From the NCBI GenBank assembly GCA_041556555.1, contig JBFFIE010000006.1:5452-69451 (forward strand): a stretch of 64,000 nucleotides of DNA, read 5' to 3'. How positions within the stretch are numbered: the stretch's first letter is position 1; every line of letters begins with the position of its first letter. The notes below the pieces were generated by a model. It searched no databases. It was not told where the DNA came from and saw nothing but the letters and a program-made list of their open reading frames with translations. Made by a program: the position numbers and the translations under genes. The DNA comes from Gammaproteobacteria bacterium (GTDB lineage: Bacteria > Pseudomonadota > Gammaproteobacteria > Eutrophobiales > Eutrophobiaceae). This document shows, one piece after another, positions 11,953 through 21,844 of the stretch.

Positions 11953-13122
11953 ATGATCAGGAATCATTTATTTACCTCGGAATCCGTTTCCGAAGGGCAT
12001 CCCGACAAGGTAGCCGACCAGGTGTCGGATGCCGTGGTGGACGCTATTTTCAGCAAAGACCCCAAGGCCCGTATTGCCTGTGAAACCTTGGTGACAACCG
12101 GTCTGGTGGTGATCGCCGGCGAGGTGACAACCACTGCGACAATCGATATCCCCGAACTTGCCCGGGACACTATCCGTGACATCGGCTATACCAGCTCCGA
12201 TATTGGTTTCGATGCCGATACCTGTGGCGTGATGGTCTCGCTGGACAAACAATCTCCGGACATTGCCATGGGTGTCGATGAGGGCGATAACAAGGAACAG
12301 GGCGCCGGTGACCAGGGCCTGATGTTCGGTTATGCCTGCGATGAGACAGATACCCTGATGCCGGCACCGATTGATTTTGCCCATCGTCTGGTCCGGCGCC
12401 AGTCCGAGGTGCGAAAGTCCGGGCAACTGGCCTGGCTAAGGCCCGATGCCAAGAGCCAGGTGACCTTCCGCTATGCCGAGGGCAGGCCGGTGGCCATTGA
12501 TGCCGTGGTCCTCTCCACCCAGCATGATCCTGATATCAGCACGGCCGACCTGCGTGAGGCCGTGATGGAAGAGGTAATCAAACCGGTGTTGCCCGCAGAA
12601 TGGCTCGACAAGGAAACGCTCTATCATATTAACCCGACCGGGCGGTTTGTGATTGGTGGTCCCATGGGAGACTGTGGATTAACCGGCCGCAAGATTATCG
12701 TTGATACCTATGGCGGGATGGCCCGTCACGGCGGCGGCGCCTTTTCCGGCAAGGACCCGACCAAGGTCGACCGATCAGCCGCCTATGCGGCCCGGTATGT
12801 AGCCAAGAATATAGTCGCCGCTGGCCTGGCACGGCGTTGCGAGGTGCAGATTTCCTATGCCATCGGAGTTGCGGAACCCACCTCCATCAGTGTTGATTCC
12901 TTCGGTACTGGTTCGGTGAATGAGAAAAAACTGGCGGCTGCCATCCGCCACCACTTTGACCTGCGGCCCAAGGGGATTATCGCCATGCTAGATCTGCTGC
13001 GGCCAATCTACAAGCCAACTGCCGCCTATGGGCATTTTGGCCGCGGTGACCTTGATCTGCCCTGGGAAAAGACCGACAGGGCCGAGATCCTGAAGTCGGA
13101 ACTGGGCAAACAGATCGCCTGA
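11953..13122 (+). CDS. metK: S-adenosylmethionine synthetase
   Basis: 389 aa. The N-terminus [15 protein letters not shown] and the [16 protein letters not shown] motif are typical of MetK. Confidence 0.92.
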   Translation: MIRNHLFTSESVSEGHPDKVADQVSDAVVDAIFSKDPKARIACETLVTTGLVVIAGEVTTTATIDIPELARDTIRDIGYTSSDIGFDADTCGVMVSLDKQSPDIAMGVDEGDNKEQGAGDQGLMFGYACDETDTLMPAPIDFAHRLVRRQSEVRKSGQLAWLRPDAKSQVTFRYAEGRPVAIDAVVLSTQHDPDISTADLREAVMEEVIKPVLPAEWLDKETLYHINPTGRFVIGGPMGDCGLTGRKIIVDTYGGMARHGGGAFSGKDPTKVDRSAAYAARYVAKNIVAAGLARRCEVQISYAIGVAEPTSISVDSFGTGSVNEKKLAAAIRHHFDLRPKGIIAMLDLLRPIYKPTAAYGHFGRGDLDLPWEKTDRAEILKSELGKQIA

Positions 13123-13195
13123 GCTATCAGGGACAGTACTGCAAACTTGAAACTCTGTTTCGGGGCGCTATACTTCGCAATCTCACAAAAAACTG

Positions 13196-13272
13196 TGTCC
13201 TTGAGGAGCGTTGCGACGGGCTGACCCCGCCAGGCTCGAGAATACAGCAAGTTTCAAACGGCGCTCGCTTAA
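13196..13272 (+). ncRNA. SAH (S-adenosylhomocysteine) riboswitch in the ahcY leader
   Basis: Three conserved SAH-element blocks appear in order: GAGGAGCGTTGCGAC, GCCAGGCTCG and AACGGCGCTCGC. They sit immediately 5' of a GGAGG Shine-Dalgarno and the ahcY ATG at 13289. The context is the one typical for this riboswitch. Confidence 0.7.
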
Positions 13273-13288
13273 TTTGGAGGAAAACCAG

Positions 13289-14704
13289 ATGAGCGTAGTC
13301 GCTACCGATATATCCAAAGACCATCACGTTGCTGACCCGTCCCTGGCCCAGTGGGGGCACAGGGAGATACGTATTGCCGAGACTGAAATGCCCGGCCTGA
13401 TGGCAATTCGCGAGGAGTACAAGGGTCAAAAGCCTCTGCAAGGAGCCCGGATTGCTGGTTCCCTGCACATGACCATTCAGACCGCGGTCCTGATCGAAAC
13501 CCTGGTTGAACTGGGGGCCGAGGTCCGCTGGGCCTCTTGTAACATCTATTCCACCCAGGATCATGCCGCGGCCGCTATCGCCGATCAGTCCATTCCCGTG
13601 TTTGCCTACAAGGGCGAGTCACTGGAGGATTACTGGGAATACACCCATCGCATCATGAGTTGGCATGACGGCGGTTCGCCGAACATGATCCTCGACGATG
13701 GCGGTGACGCGACCCTGTTATTGATCCTGGGCAGCAAGGCGGAAAAGGATCCCTCCGTCATTTCCAGTCCCGGCAGCGAGGAGGAGAAATACCTGTTTGC
13801 GGCGATCAAGAAAAAGCTCGAAAGCGATAAGAATTTCTATTCGAGGACTCTCGCCTGTATCCGGGGCGTTACGGAAGAAACCACGACGGGTGTTCAGCGC
13901 CTGTACCAGATGAAGAAACAGGGCGAGCTGCCTTTTCCGGCCATTAATGTCAACGATTCAGTCACCAAGTCCAAGTTCGATAACCTCTATGGCTGCCGTG
14001 AATCGCTGGTCGATGGCATCAAGCGTGCCACCGACGTCATGATTGCCGGCAAGATTGCCGTTGTGCTGGGATATGGTGATGTTGGCAAGGGCTGTGCCCA
14101 GTCACTCAGGGGTCTGGGGGCAACCGTCTGGATTACCGAGATTGATCCGATCTGCGCCCTGCAGGCCGCGATGGAAGGTTATCGTGTTGTGTCTCTTGAT
14201 GATGTGGCCGAAATGGCCGACATCTTCGTTACTGCGACCGGTAACTTCAATGTGATCCGTCATGAACACATGCAGCAGATGAAGGATCAGGCGATTGTTT
14301 GCAACATCGGTCATTTTGATAACGAGATAGATGTGGCCAGCCTCGAGCAATATGAGTGGGAAGAAATCAAACCTCAGGTAGATCATGTCATCTTTCCTGA
14401 CGGCAAGCGTATCATCTTGCTGGCGCGTGGCCGCCTTGTGAACCTTGGCTGTGCAACCGGCCATCCAAGTTTTGTGATGTCGAACTCTTTCACTAACCAG
14501 GTTCTGGCACAGATCGAGTTGTTTACCCGTAATGCTGATTATGAAAACGATGTCTATGTATTACCCAAGCACCTGGATGAAAAAGTCGCGCGATTGCACC
14601 TGCAGCGTATTGGTGCCAAGCTGACCCGGTTGACGGAAAAGCAGGCCGATTATATCGGCGTTAATGTGGACGGACCCTATAAATCCGATCACTATCGTTA
14701 CTGA
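13289..14704 (+). CDS. ahcY: Adenosylhomocysteinase
   Basis: About 470 aa counted from the ATG at 13289. The ORF caller's upstream start at 13211 would run through the riboswitch. The protein has an NAD-binding domain and AhcY signature regions. Confidence 0.9.
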   Translation: MSVVATDISKDHHVADPSLAQWGHREIRIAETEMPGLMAIREEYKGQKPLQGARIAGSLHMTIQTAVLIETLVELGAEVRWASCNIYSTQDHAAAAIADQSIPVFAYKGESLEDYWEYTHRIMSWHDGGSPNMILDDGGDATLLLILGSKAEKDPSVISSPGSEEEKYLFAAIKKKLESDKNFYSRTLACIRGVTEETTTGVQRLYQMKKQGELPFPAINVNDSVTKSKFDNLYGCRESLVDGIKRATDVMIAGKIAVVLGYGDVGKGCAQSLRGLGATVWITEIDPICALQAAMEGYRVVSLDDVAEMADIFVTATGNFNVIRHEHMQQMKDQAIVCNIGHFDNEIDVASLEQYEWEEIKPQVDHVIFPDGKRIILLARGRLVNLGCATGHPSFVMSNSFTNQVLAQIELFTRNADYENDVYVLPKHLDEKVARLHLQRIGAKLTRLTEKQADYIGVNVDGPYKSDHYRY

Positions 14705-14719
14705 TGCGGGGCTCAGACA

Positions 14720-15628
14720 ATGTCAGTCATGGACTCCCAGAAACAGTTTACGCCGAAGTACAGCTTCGAATTTTTTCCGCCACGCACACCGGAAGCTTTC
14801 GGGAAATTACAGACTACCAGTGAGCGCCTGAGCAGGTATCGTCCGGACTTCTTCTCCGTGACCTTTGGTGCCGGCGGCAGTACCCGCACCCGCACTTTTG
14901 ATACCGTCACGGATATTAAGGAAAAGACGGGCATTGAGGCTGCCCCGCACATCTCCTGTATTGGTCAGACGCTAGAGGAGATCCGCGAGGTTCTGGATCT
15001 TTACAAAAATGCCGGTATTCGCCATATAGTTGCCCTGCGTGGTGACCTGCCTTCGGGGCAGGCCAGTTATGGGCCATTGCGTTATGCCAATGAACTTGTG
15101 GAATTCATTCGCAAGGAAACCGGTGATCATTTTCATATTGAAGTAGCGGCCTATCCGGAATTTCATCCCCAGGCACCCAGTCCGACGAAAGACCTGGAGA
15201 ACTTCAAGCGGAAGATCGATGCCGGCGCCAACAGTGCAATAACCCAGTATTTTTATAATACCGAGGCATATTATCGGTTCATTGATGATTGTGAAAAGCT
15301 GGGCATCAATGTTCCTATCGTGCCCGGCGTGATGCCAATTATTAACTGCACGCAACTCGTCCGTTTTTCCGAAGCCTGTGGCGCGGATATACCACGCTGG
15401 ATACTTAAACGCCTGCAGGAATTTGGCGACGACCGGGCCTCGATACGTGCATTTGGTATTGATGTAACCACGCAGATCTGTGCTGATCTGCTGGGCAATG
15501 GTGCGCCGGGTATACATATGTATACAATGAACCAGTCAGAGGCGAGCGAAGCGATTTGGGAAAACCTGATTCTCAAAAAACGCAAGAAGGAACAGAAAGA
15601 GCAGGAGAAGAAAGCCTCTGTCGGTTAG
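14720..15628 (+). CDS. metF: 5,10-methylenetetrahydrofolate reductase
   Basis: 302 aa with a MetF fold. The motif EFFPPRT is present. Confidence 0.88.
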   Translation: MSVMDSQKQFTPKYSFEFFPPRTPEAFGKLQTTSERLSRYRPDFFSVTFGAGGSTRTRTFDTVTDIKEKTGIEAAPHISCIGQTLEEIREVLDLYKNAGIRHIVALRGDLPSGQASYGPLRYANELVEFIRKETGDHFHIEVAAYPEFHPQAPSPTKDLENFKRKIDAGANSAITQYFYNTEAYYRFIDDCEKLGINVPIVPGVMPIINCTQLVRFSEACGADIPRWILKRLQEFGDDRASIRAFGIDVTTQICADLLGNGAPGIHMYTMNQSEASEAIWENLILKKRKKEQKEQEKKASVG

Positions 15629-15681
15629 AGTTGGATTTTATCCGCCGGTATACCGACGGAAATCAAACCGGAGTTGCCAAT

Positions 15682-17124
15682 TTGTCTGAATATTCAGGCA
15701 GTGTGCTGGAAAAAAACCTTGCCGGGAAACCCGGCCTGTTACTGGTCGACGATGATCCACTCATCGTAGAATCACTCGGCTTGGTTCTGCAAAAAAATTA
15801 CTCACTGATCACCGCAGAAACGCGCAAGCAGGCCATCAAACAGATACAGGCGTTGCCGGAATTCCCGCCACTGGCACTGATTGATCTTGGCTTGCCGCCC
15901 AAGCCCCATAGTGTGGAGGAAGGGTTTGCTTTAATCCATGATTTGCTGGGGTATAACCGCAACATAAAGATACTGGTTCTTTCGGGCCAGAATGAGCAGG
16001 AAAACATTCGTCATGCTTTAACGCTCGGCGCCGTGGATTTTATTCCCAAACCCTGCGACGCTACCTTGTTGCAAACCCGACTGCAGCATCAATTGATGAT
16101 GCTGGAGGCCGAGCAGGAAGAGGATACCCGGGATCTGTCCACTGAACGATTACTGGGCGAGAGTCAGGCAGTGAAAACCCTGAAAAGTCTGGTTGAACAA
16201 TTCGCTGACACACCATTCCCGGTGTTGATCGAAGGGGAGTCCGGCGTCGGCAAGGAACTGGTTGCCCAGAGCCTGCACAGCATGAGTAACCGCAGTCGGC
16301 ACCCTTTCCTGACATTGAACTGTGCGGCATTTACAGCGGAGTTACTGGAGGCGCAGTTGTTCGGTTATTGCAAGGGGGCATTTACCGGTGCAACAACCAA
16401 TAAAGCCGGATTTTTCGAGGAGACCAGCGAGGGCAGCCTGTTTCTTGATGAAATTGGTGAATTGCCACTGGATCTGCAATCCAAGCTTTTAAGGGTATTG
16501 GAAAATGGCGAGTATTACCGCGTGGGTGAAACACGCCCAAATATTTCCAATGCGCGGATCATCGCTGCAACCAATCGGGACCTGAAAGAATCAGTTCAGG
16601 CCGGACAATTTCGCCAGGACCTCTATCACCGCCTGAGTGTGTTAACGATCAACGTACCGCCCTTGCGTGAACGGGGTGATGATCCATTGTTATTGCTTAA
16701 TCATTTCATCAAGTTTTATGCCCAGGGCGGTCCCGCTTTCGAACTTGATGAATCAGCTCTGGCCCTGTTAAAAGACTATGATTTTCCCGGCAATATTCGC
16801 GAATTAAGAAACATTGTCATCCGCCTGGGGGCAAAATATCCGGGTGAGCGCGTCAGCAAAGACCAGCTTGCCGGAGAACTGGAGCTTGCTGTGTCAGGCA
16901 TGACTCACATTCAGGGGCCTGATTTTGATGAAATTGCCAGAAAAGAATTACAGGACAGCGATTTTATATTGGATCAAACTCTCGGCGAATGGGAAAGACG
17001 ATACATTTATATTGCCCTTGAGATGGCAAACGGAAATCTCAGCAAGGCAGCGCGGCTACTGGGCATCAACCGGACAACCCTGTACAGTCGCATGCAACGC
17101 CTGGATATAGAGGAACAGGGATAA
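15682..17124 (+). CDS. Sigma-54-dependent response regulator (REC + AAA+ sigma-54 activator + Fis-type HTH), PilR-like. First gene of the pilus operon
   Basis: A receiver domain reads LLLVDDDP...LIDLGLPP. A sigma-54 activator domain follows, with GESGVGKE and the GAFTGA motif. The C-terminal HTH reads [19 protein letters not shown]. The start is probably the TTG at 15682, which has a GGAG 9 nt upstream; a GTG at 15703 is an alternative. The stop overlaps the next gene's ATG (TAATG). Confidence 0.8.
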   Translation: MSEYSGSVLEKNLAGKPGLLLVDDDPLIVESLGLVLQKNYSLITAETRKQAIKQIQALPEFPPLALIDLGLPPKPHSVEEGFALIHDLLGYNRNIKILVLSGQNEQENIRHALTLGAVDFIPKPCDATLLQTRLQHQLMMLEAEQEEDTRDLSTERLLGESQAVKTLKSLVEQFADTPFPVLIEGESGVGKELVAQSLHSMSNRSRHPFLTLNCAAFTAELLEAQLFGYCKGAFTGATTNKAGFFEETSEGSLFLDEIGELPLDLQSKLLRVLENGEYYRVGETRPNISNARIIAATNRDLKESVQAGQFRQDLYHRLSVLTINVPPLRERGDDPLLLLNHFIKFYAQGGPAFELDESALALLKDYDFPGNIRELRNIVIRLGAKYPGERVSKDQLAGELELAVSGMTHIQGPDFDEIARKELQDSDFILDQTLGEWERRYIYIALEMANGNLSKAARLLGINRTTLYSRMQRLDIEEQG

Positions 17125-18446
17125 TGTATTACCAGTATTTTGGTCTGGAGCAACCGCCGTTCCGAATCACACCGGATACCTCCCTGTTTTATCCCGGCGG
17201 CAACCGTGGCGCGATCCTCGAAGCTCTGATTTATGCCATTGTCAATGGCGAAGGCATGATCAAGGTGGTCGGAGAGGTCGGCAGCGGCAAGACTATGTTA
17301 TGCCGTATGCTGACGGTGGAATTACCTGATCATATCGAAGTGGTCTATCTTGCGAACCCGAGTCTCTCTCCGGACAACATCCTGCATGCGATTGCCTTTG
17401 AACTGAAGCTGGACGTCAAGGCCGATGATGACCGCCTGGAGGTGATGAACAAGTTGCAGAATTACCTCCTTGAGCGGCATGCCCAGAGCCAGCAGGTGGT
17501 TGTGTTTGTTGAAGAGGCCCAGGGCATGCCTGTCCAGACCCTGGAACAGATTCGGCTGTTGACTAATCTCGAAACCAATGAGAACAAGCTGTTGCAGATT
17601 GTATTATTCGGTCAGCCGGAACTCGACGAGATGATTTCCAGTCGTGACATTCGTCAGCTGAAGGAGCGCATCACCTACAGTTTTAATCTGGGACCGCTTA
17701 ATGCCGAAGAGATCAAGGACTATATCAATACCCGGATCCGGGCCTGTGGTTGCCGTTCCGGTGATCTCTTTACCAGGCAGGCTATTCAGCAGATCAGCAG
17801 ATACTCGAATGGCCTGTTACGACGCATCAATATTCTCTCGGACAAATCATTGCTGGCCAGCTATGCGGCCAATGATCGGAGTGTCAAGCCACGCCATGTC
17901 AAACTGGCAGCGCGTGATACTGAATTCATCACGCCCTGGCAAAGGTATCGTCTGCCCATGTTTGTTCTGGCTGCATTGGTAATAATGGCCATCTTGGTAT
18001 TTTTAACGCCACTGGGCCAGACAGTGACGGACCTGATGAAAGCGACCCCGGTATCGCTCACTGATCCAGAAGACACTGACCTGACGGTTGATACAGCGAG
18101 ACCGGATATCCCGGTAGAATTGGGCAATGAGGCAAGTTCTGCACCCGAAGAGCCACAACCTGAGGCCGGGCAGGCAGCCGCCAGCATGCTTGCGAACGAT
18201 CTGGCAATTGAGCCCCCTGCCGAGGAGGCGCCAGATGAGCAGGAAATTCTCGAATCCATCCTCAAGGATTATTCAGCACGTTACCTGGCTATTGATGAGA
18301 TCATGAATGAGCAGGATGCCGAGTTATTTATCCAGCAAATCAAGTCCCGCCTCCCGGAGTCAGTGTACCTGGGACAACCAGAGTTACCCTGCCGTCTATG
18401 CCCTCTGATTGTTTACCGTCCTGTGAAATCTGACGAAAATCTATAG
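17124..18446 (+). CDS. ExeA/GspA-like AAA ATPase (MshM-like) with a C-terminal TM helix and an acidic Pro-rich tail
   Basis: The N-terminus [13 protein letters not shown] and the Walker A motif GEVGSGKT are characteristic of the ExeA family. One TM helix is present (LPMFVLAALVIMAILVFL). No peptidoglycan-binding domain is recognisable. Confidence 0.7.
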   Translation: MYYQYFGLEQPPFRITPDTSLFYPGGNRGAILEALIYAIVNGEGMIKVVGEVGSGKTMLCRMLTVELPDHIEVVYLANPSLSPDNILHAIAFELKLDVKADDDRLEVMNKLQNYLLERHAQSQQVVVFVEEAQGMPVQTLEQIRLLTNLETNENKLLQIVLFGQPELDEMISSRDIRQLKERITYSFNLGPLNAEEIKDYINTRIRACGCRSGDLFTRQAIQQISRYSNGLLRRINILSDKSLLASYAANDRSVKPRHVKLAARDTEFITPWQRYRLPMFVLAALVIMAILVFLTPLGQTVTDLMKATPVSLTDPEDTDLTVDTARPDIPVELGNEASSAPEEPQPEAGQAAASMLANDLAIEPPAEEAPDEQEILESILKDYSARYLAIDEIMNEQDAELFIQQIKSRLPESVYLGQPELPCRLCPLIVYRPVKSDENL

Positions 18447-18531
18447 TCGTCAGTTATTTATATAAACTATATAATCTGATAATGTAACGTTGGGGGTGGT
18501 TGTCGAGCGGCTAACGGAGGCAGTTTGTGTG

Positions 18532-20175
18532 ATGAATAAATATATAAAAATCAATAGCTTGCTATTGCTATTGTTGATCTCATCCTGTTCGCTGATAGAA
18601 CCCAAACCGTTTGAACCCTCGCCCGGCCATATCGAGGATCAGCCGGCCCCGCCCGGCGAAATCCCGGAACTGGTCGAGGAAGTCCCCCCGGCCCTGCCTG
18701 AACCATCGCCGCCTGTAGAGCTGGAGAAATACACGGTTGTGGTGAACGAAGTGCCTGTCAAGGAGCTGCTGTTTGCCCTCGCCCGCGACTCAAAGGTCAA
18801 TGTCGATATCGATCCCGGGATCAGTGGTGTAGTGACCCTGAACGCTGTAGACCAGACCTTCCCGCAGATACTTGATCGGATCAGTCAGCAGGTGAATCTG
18901 CGTTATGAATTCCAGGGCGTCAACCTCTTGGTGAAACCCGACAAGCCCTACCTCAAGGCTTACAAGATTGGCTACATCAATATGAGCCGGGAGACGACCA
19001 GTGATGTTGCCATCGCAACTCAGATTTCAACGACCGGTGGAGGATTTCAGGCCGGTGGGGGTACGACCGGTGGTGGCGCCGGGGGGGGAGATAATAATTC
19101 CACCACAGCGATAAAGAATACCTCGAATAACTTGTTTTGGGGAAACCTGGTCAATAACGTCCAGGCCATTCTGGAGCAATCAACCGGAAGTGCCGGTGGT
19201 GAGGCATCCGCCAATGTTGAGATTTCCAACAGCGTCATCCCCAATCCCGAAACCGGTATACTGACTGTGCGTGCAACCCACCGCCAGCATGCCGAGGTCC
19301 AGAGGTATATCGATGCCGCCATGGAAAGCGCACATCGCCAGGTATTGATCCAGGCGACGATTCTGGAAGTGCTCCTGACCGATGATTACCAGGCAGGCGT
19401 CGACTGGAGTTTCCTGGATGACACAGGCATTAGTGTGATTTCAACTACGGCAGGGGGTCCATTGACCGGTGAAGTTGCTTCATTTGTACTCGAATATTTC
19501 GATGCAGGTGTTGATGGTGAAGACACCGTTGACGCAACCTTGACCCTGCTTGAGGAATTCGGCGATATAAATGTCCTCTCCAGTCCCCAGATCATGGCCC
19601 TGAATAACCAGACCGCTATCCTCAAAGTGGTTGAGAATGATGTCTTTTTTACGATCGAGTCTGATACCACTCAGTCACAAACCAGTGCAGTCACCACTTT
19701 TACAACGACCATCAACACGGTTCCAGTGGGTATCGTGATGTCGGTAACGCCGCAGATAAATGACAATGACAGTATCATGCTCAACATCAGGCCGACCATT
19801 TCCAGGATTGTGCGTAGGGTAAGTGATCCCAATCCCTCTTTGACTACTGTGCAGAACTTAATCCCCGTAATTAATGTTCGTGAAATGGAGTCGCTGTTAA
19901 GATTGAGCAATGGACAGGTCGCCGTACTTGGTGGCCTGATTGAAAATCAGGAAACCGACAGGGTAAACAGTATTCCAGGCTTTTCCAGGCTCCCGCTTAT
20001 TGGCGAGGCCTTTAAAACAACCGTCAAGGAATATCAGAAATCCGAACTTATCATCTTTCTGAGACCAGTGATTGTTAATAACCCGACCGTGGATTCAGAT
20101 CTAGATATATTCAAGCCGTACCTCGATAGCCGGCGCCAGTCTTCCGGGTCTGAATCAGGAGCTAGTTCCCGGTGA
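18532..20175 (+). CDS. Lipoprotein secretin, MshL-like (type II/IV secretin family)
   Basis: ATG at 18532 with a GGAGG upstream. Lipobox LISSC. The N-domain carries a Gly-rich insert. The C-terminal secretin domain includes the motifs LSSPQIMALNNQTA and IPGFSRLPLIGEAF. Confidence 0.8.
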   Translation: MNKYIKINSLLLLLLISSCSLIEPKPFEPSPGHIEDQPAPPGEIPELVEEVPPALPEPSPPVELEKYTVVVNEVPVKELLFALARDSKVNVDIDPGISGVVTLNAVDQTFPQILDRISQQVNLRYEFQGVNLLVKPDKPYLKAYKIGYINMSRETTSDVAIATQISTTGGGFQAGGGTTGGGAGGGDNNSTTAIKNTSNNLFWGNLVNNVQAILEQSTGSAGGEASANVEISNSVIPNPETGILTVRATHRQHAEVQRYIDAAMESAHRQVLIQATILEVLLTDDYQAGVDWSFLDDTGISVISTTAGGPLTGEVASFVLEYFDAGVDGEDTVDATLTLLEEFGDINVLSSPQIMALNNQTAILKVVENDVFFTIESDTTQSQTSAVTTFTTTINTVPVGIVMSVTPQINDNDSIMLNIRPTISRIVRRVSDPNPSLTTVQNLIPVINVREMESLLRLSNGQVAVLGGLIENQETDRVNSIPGFSRLPLIGEAFKTTVKEYQKSELIIFLRPVIVNNPTVDSDLDIFKPYLDSRRQSSGSESGASSR

Positions 20176-21842
20176 GTCTCTTAATGGATGCCTTGAAAAA
20201 GGCGGAACGGGAGAAAAAAGAAGCAGCCAAACGTTTAAAGGAGTCGCAGGAAAGGTCCGGTATGGATCTCACCCTGGAAGAAGCGACACCCCGACCTGAA
20301 GCAGAGACAGAGGCAGAAGACAGCACGAAGAGTCAACAGCCGGAAATAACCGCTGATCAGCCAGAACAACAAGAGGAATCTGCCGGTGATCTTTCTCTTT
20401 CACCGATCGAAGACGAGATTGATACCGAGGCACCAACCCAGAAGATTGACCTTTCGAAAATGAAGGACCCCGGTACGTCCGGACTTTCACTTGAAGACAA
20501 AAATGATTTGACTCTTGATCAACCGGATCTGGTGGAGTCGGTTGAGGACGAGGAAACTGACGAGGAAACTGGTCCCGAAGCACCTGTCTTTGCTATCAAT
20601 TCACTTTCAACGGAAGAGGATTATATCTCCCCGCTGGAAGATTCCGGCCTGCATGAATTACCGGAACAAACCCTTGAAGATAGCGGCATCTTTACCCGCT
20701 CACTCGATGAAGGCAAGACTCTGCAGTCAGCACTTTCAGCAGAAGAGCTGGCCAGGGAGATGGGCGATGACCCAAATGCGCCCTTGCCGGTAGCCGCGCA
20801 AACTGTGTTTAATGCCTCTGCCGGTCAAAGCAGCAAGCGACAATTTATGGAATGGTTTTTATTTGTGGCCTGTTTTGCAGTTTTGATCATTGCTGGCAGT
20901 ATTTTTTACTATCTGAAAACAACACCTGAAATCTCGCCTCCGATCCGCCCGCAAATGGCAGAGACCGAGACTGCTACAGTCGAACAGATTATAGAACAGG
21001 CGCAAGTATCTTCAGATGTATCCGGTGAATTTACTAGTACCGAGACAGGACAGGAAATAGTGCTGGATGATTCCGCAGCACAGACAGCCAGTATTGGGAT
21101 ACCTGAAAAACCAGACGCCATAGAGGCTGCTGATAAGGAAACCATTGCCATGCGACAACCTTTGCCAGAGCACAAACAAGGACAGGAAAATATTTTACCG
21201 AACGAAATCAGGGTTGAACCGAGGGTGTTGCAAATAAGTCGCAGCCGTGCTGTCCGCGAGAGTGATTTACTGGTGCATGATGCTTACGCCGACTATAAAG
21301 CCGGAAATTTTGACTCTGCGGCAGCAGCCTACCAGAAAGTACTGATTACCCATCCTGAAAACCGCGATGCACTCCTTGGCCTGGCTGCCATAGCGCAGAA
21401 CAGGGGTAACCAGCAGCAGGCAAGTCAATACTACCTGCGTGTTCTCAAGAATTATCCTTCTGATGTGATTGCCAAGGCTGCTTTGCTTGCATCAACCAAT
21501 AGCAAGGAATCGGCCGCCGAAAATGAAAGCTTGTTAAAATCAATGATCAGCGATTCACCGGACACGGCTGATTTACATTTTATCCTTGGCAACGTATTTG
21601 CCAGTACTTCCCGCTGGAACGATGCGCAACAATCCTTCTTTGAAGCATTCAGGCTGGATAATGAAAATGCAAACTATGCTTATAATCTTGCAGTCAGCCT
21701 GGATCATCTCGGCAAGACGCAGGCTGCCTTGCAATATTACCGTCTGGCAATGGAGTTGGCCGAATCATCTTCAATAACACTGAACACCAACGTCCTTGCC
21801 TCCAGAATTGCTGCGCTCTCTGATTTTTCGCAGGATCAATAA
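20172..21842 (+). CDS. TPR-repeat membrane protein, MshN-like, with a long acidic cytoplasmic N-terminal region
   Basis: GTG start that overlaps the secretin stop (GTGA). The first 220 aa or so are D/E-rich. One TM helix follows, then C-terminal TPR repeats. Confidence 0.6.
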   Translation: MSLLMDALKKAEREKKEAAKRLKESQERSGMDLTLEEATPRPEAETEAEDSTKSQQPEITADQPEQQEESAGDLSLSPIEDEIDTEAPTQKIDLSKMKDPGTSGLSLEDKNDLTLDQPDLVESVEDEETDEETGPEAPVFAINSLSTEEDYISPLEDSGLHELPEQTLEDSGIFTRSLDEGKTLQSALSAEELAREMGDDPNAPLPVAAQTVFNASAGQSSKRQFMEWFLFVACFAVLIIAGSIFYYLKTTPEISPPIRPQMAETETATVEQIIEQAQVSSDVSGEFTSTETGQEIVLDDSAAQTASIGIPEKPDAIEAADKETIAMRQPLPEHKQGQENILPNEIRVEPRVLQISRSRAVRESDLLVHDAYADYKAGNFDSAAAAYQKVLITHPENRDALLGLAAIAQNRGNQQQASQYYLRVLKNYPSDVIAKAALLASTNSKESAAENESLLKSMISDSPDTADLHFILGNVFASTSRWNDAQQSFFEAFRLDNENANYAYNLAVSLDHLGKTQAALQYYRLAMELAESSSITLNTNVLASRIAALSDFSQDQ

Positions 21843-21844
21843 CA

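Noticed and set aside
15556-17124. Whether the sigma-54 RR and the 29934 kinase are the PEP-CTERM (PrsR/PrsK) pair, since an ExeA-like ATPase also occurs in exosortase loci.
   Set aside because: The neighbouring genes are a secretin, GspE, GspF, PilMNOP-like proteins and pilins, not an exosortase, EpsH or PEP-CTERM proteins. A pilus (PilS/PilR-like) assignment fits the context. The subfamily cannot be settled without HMMs.
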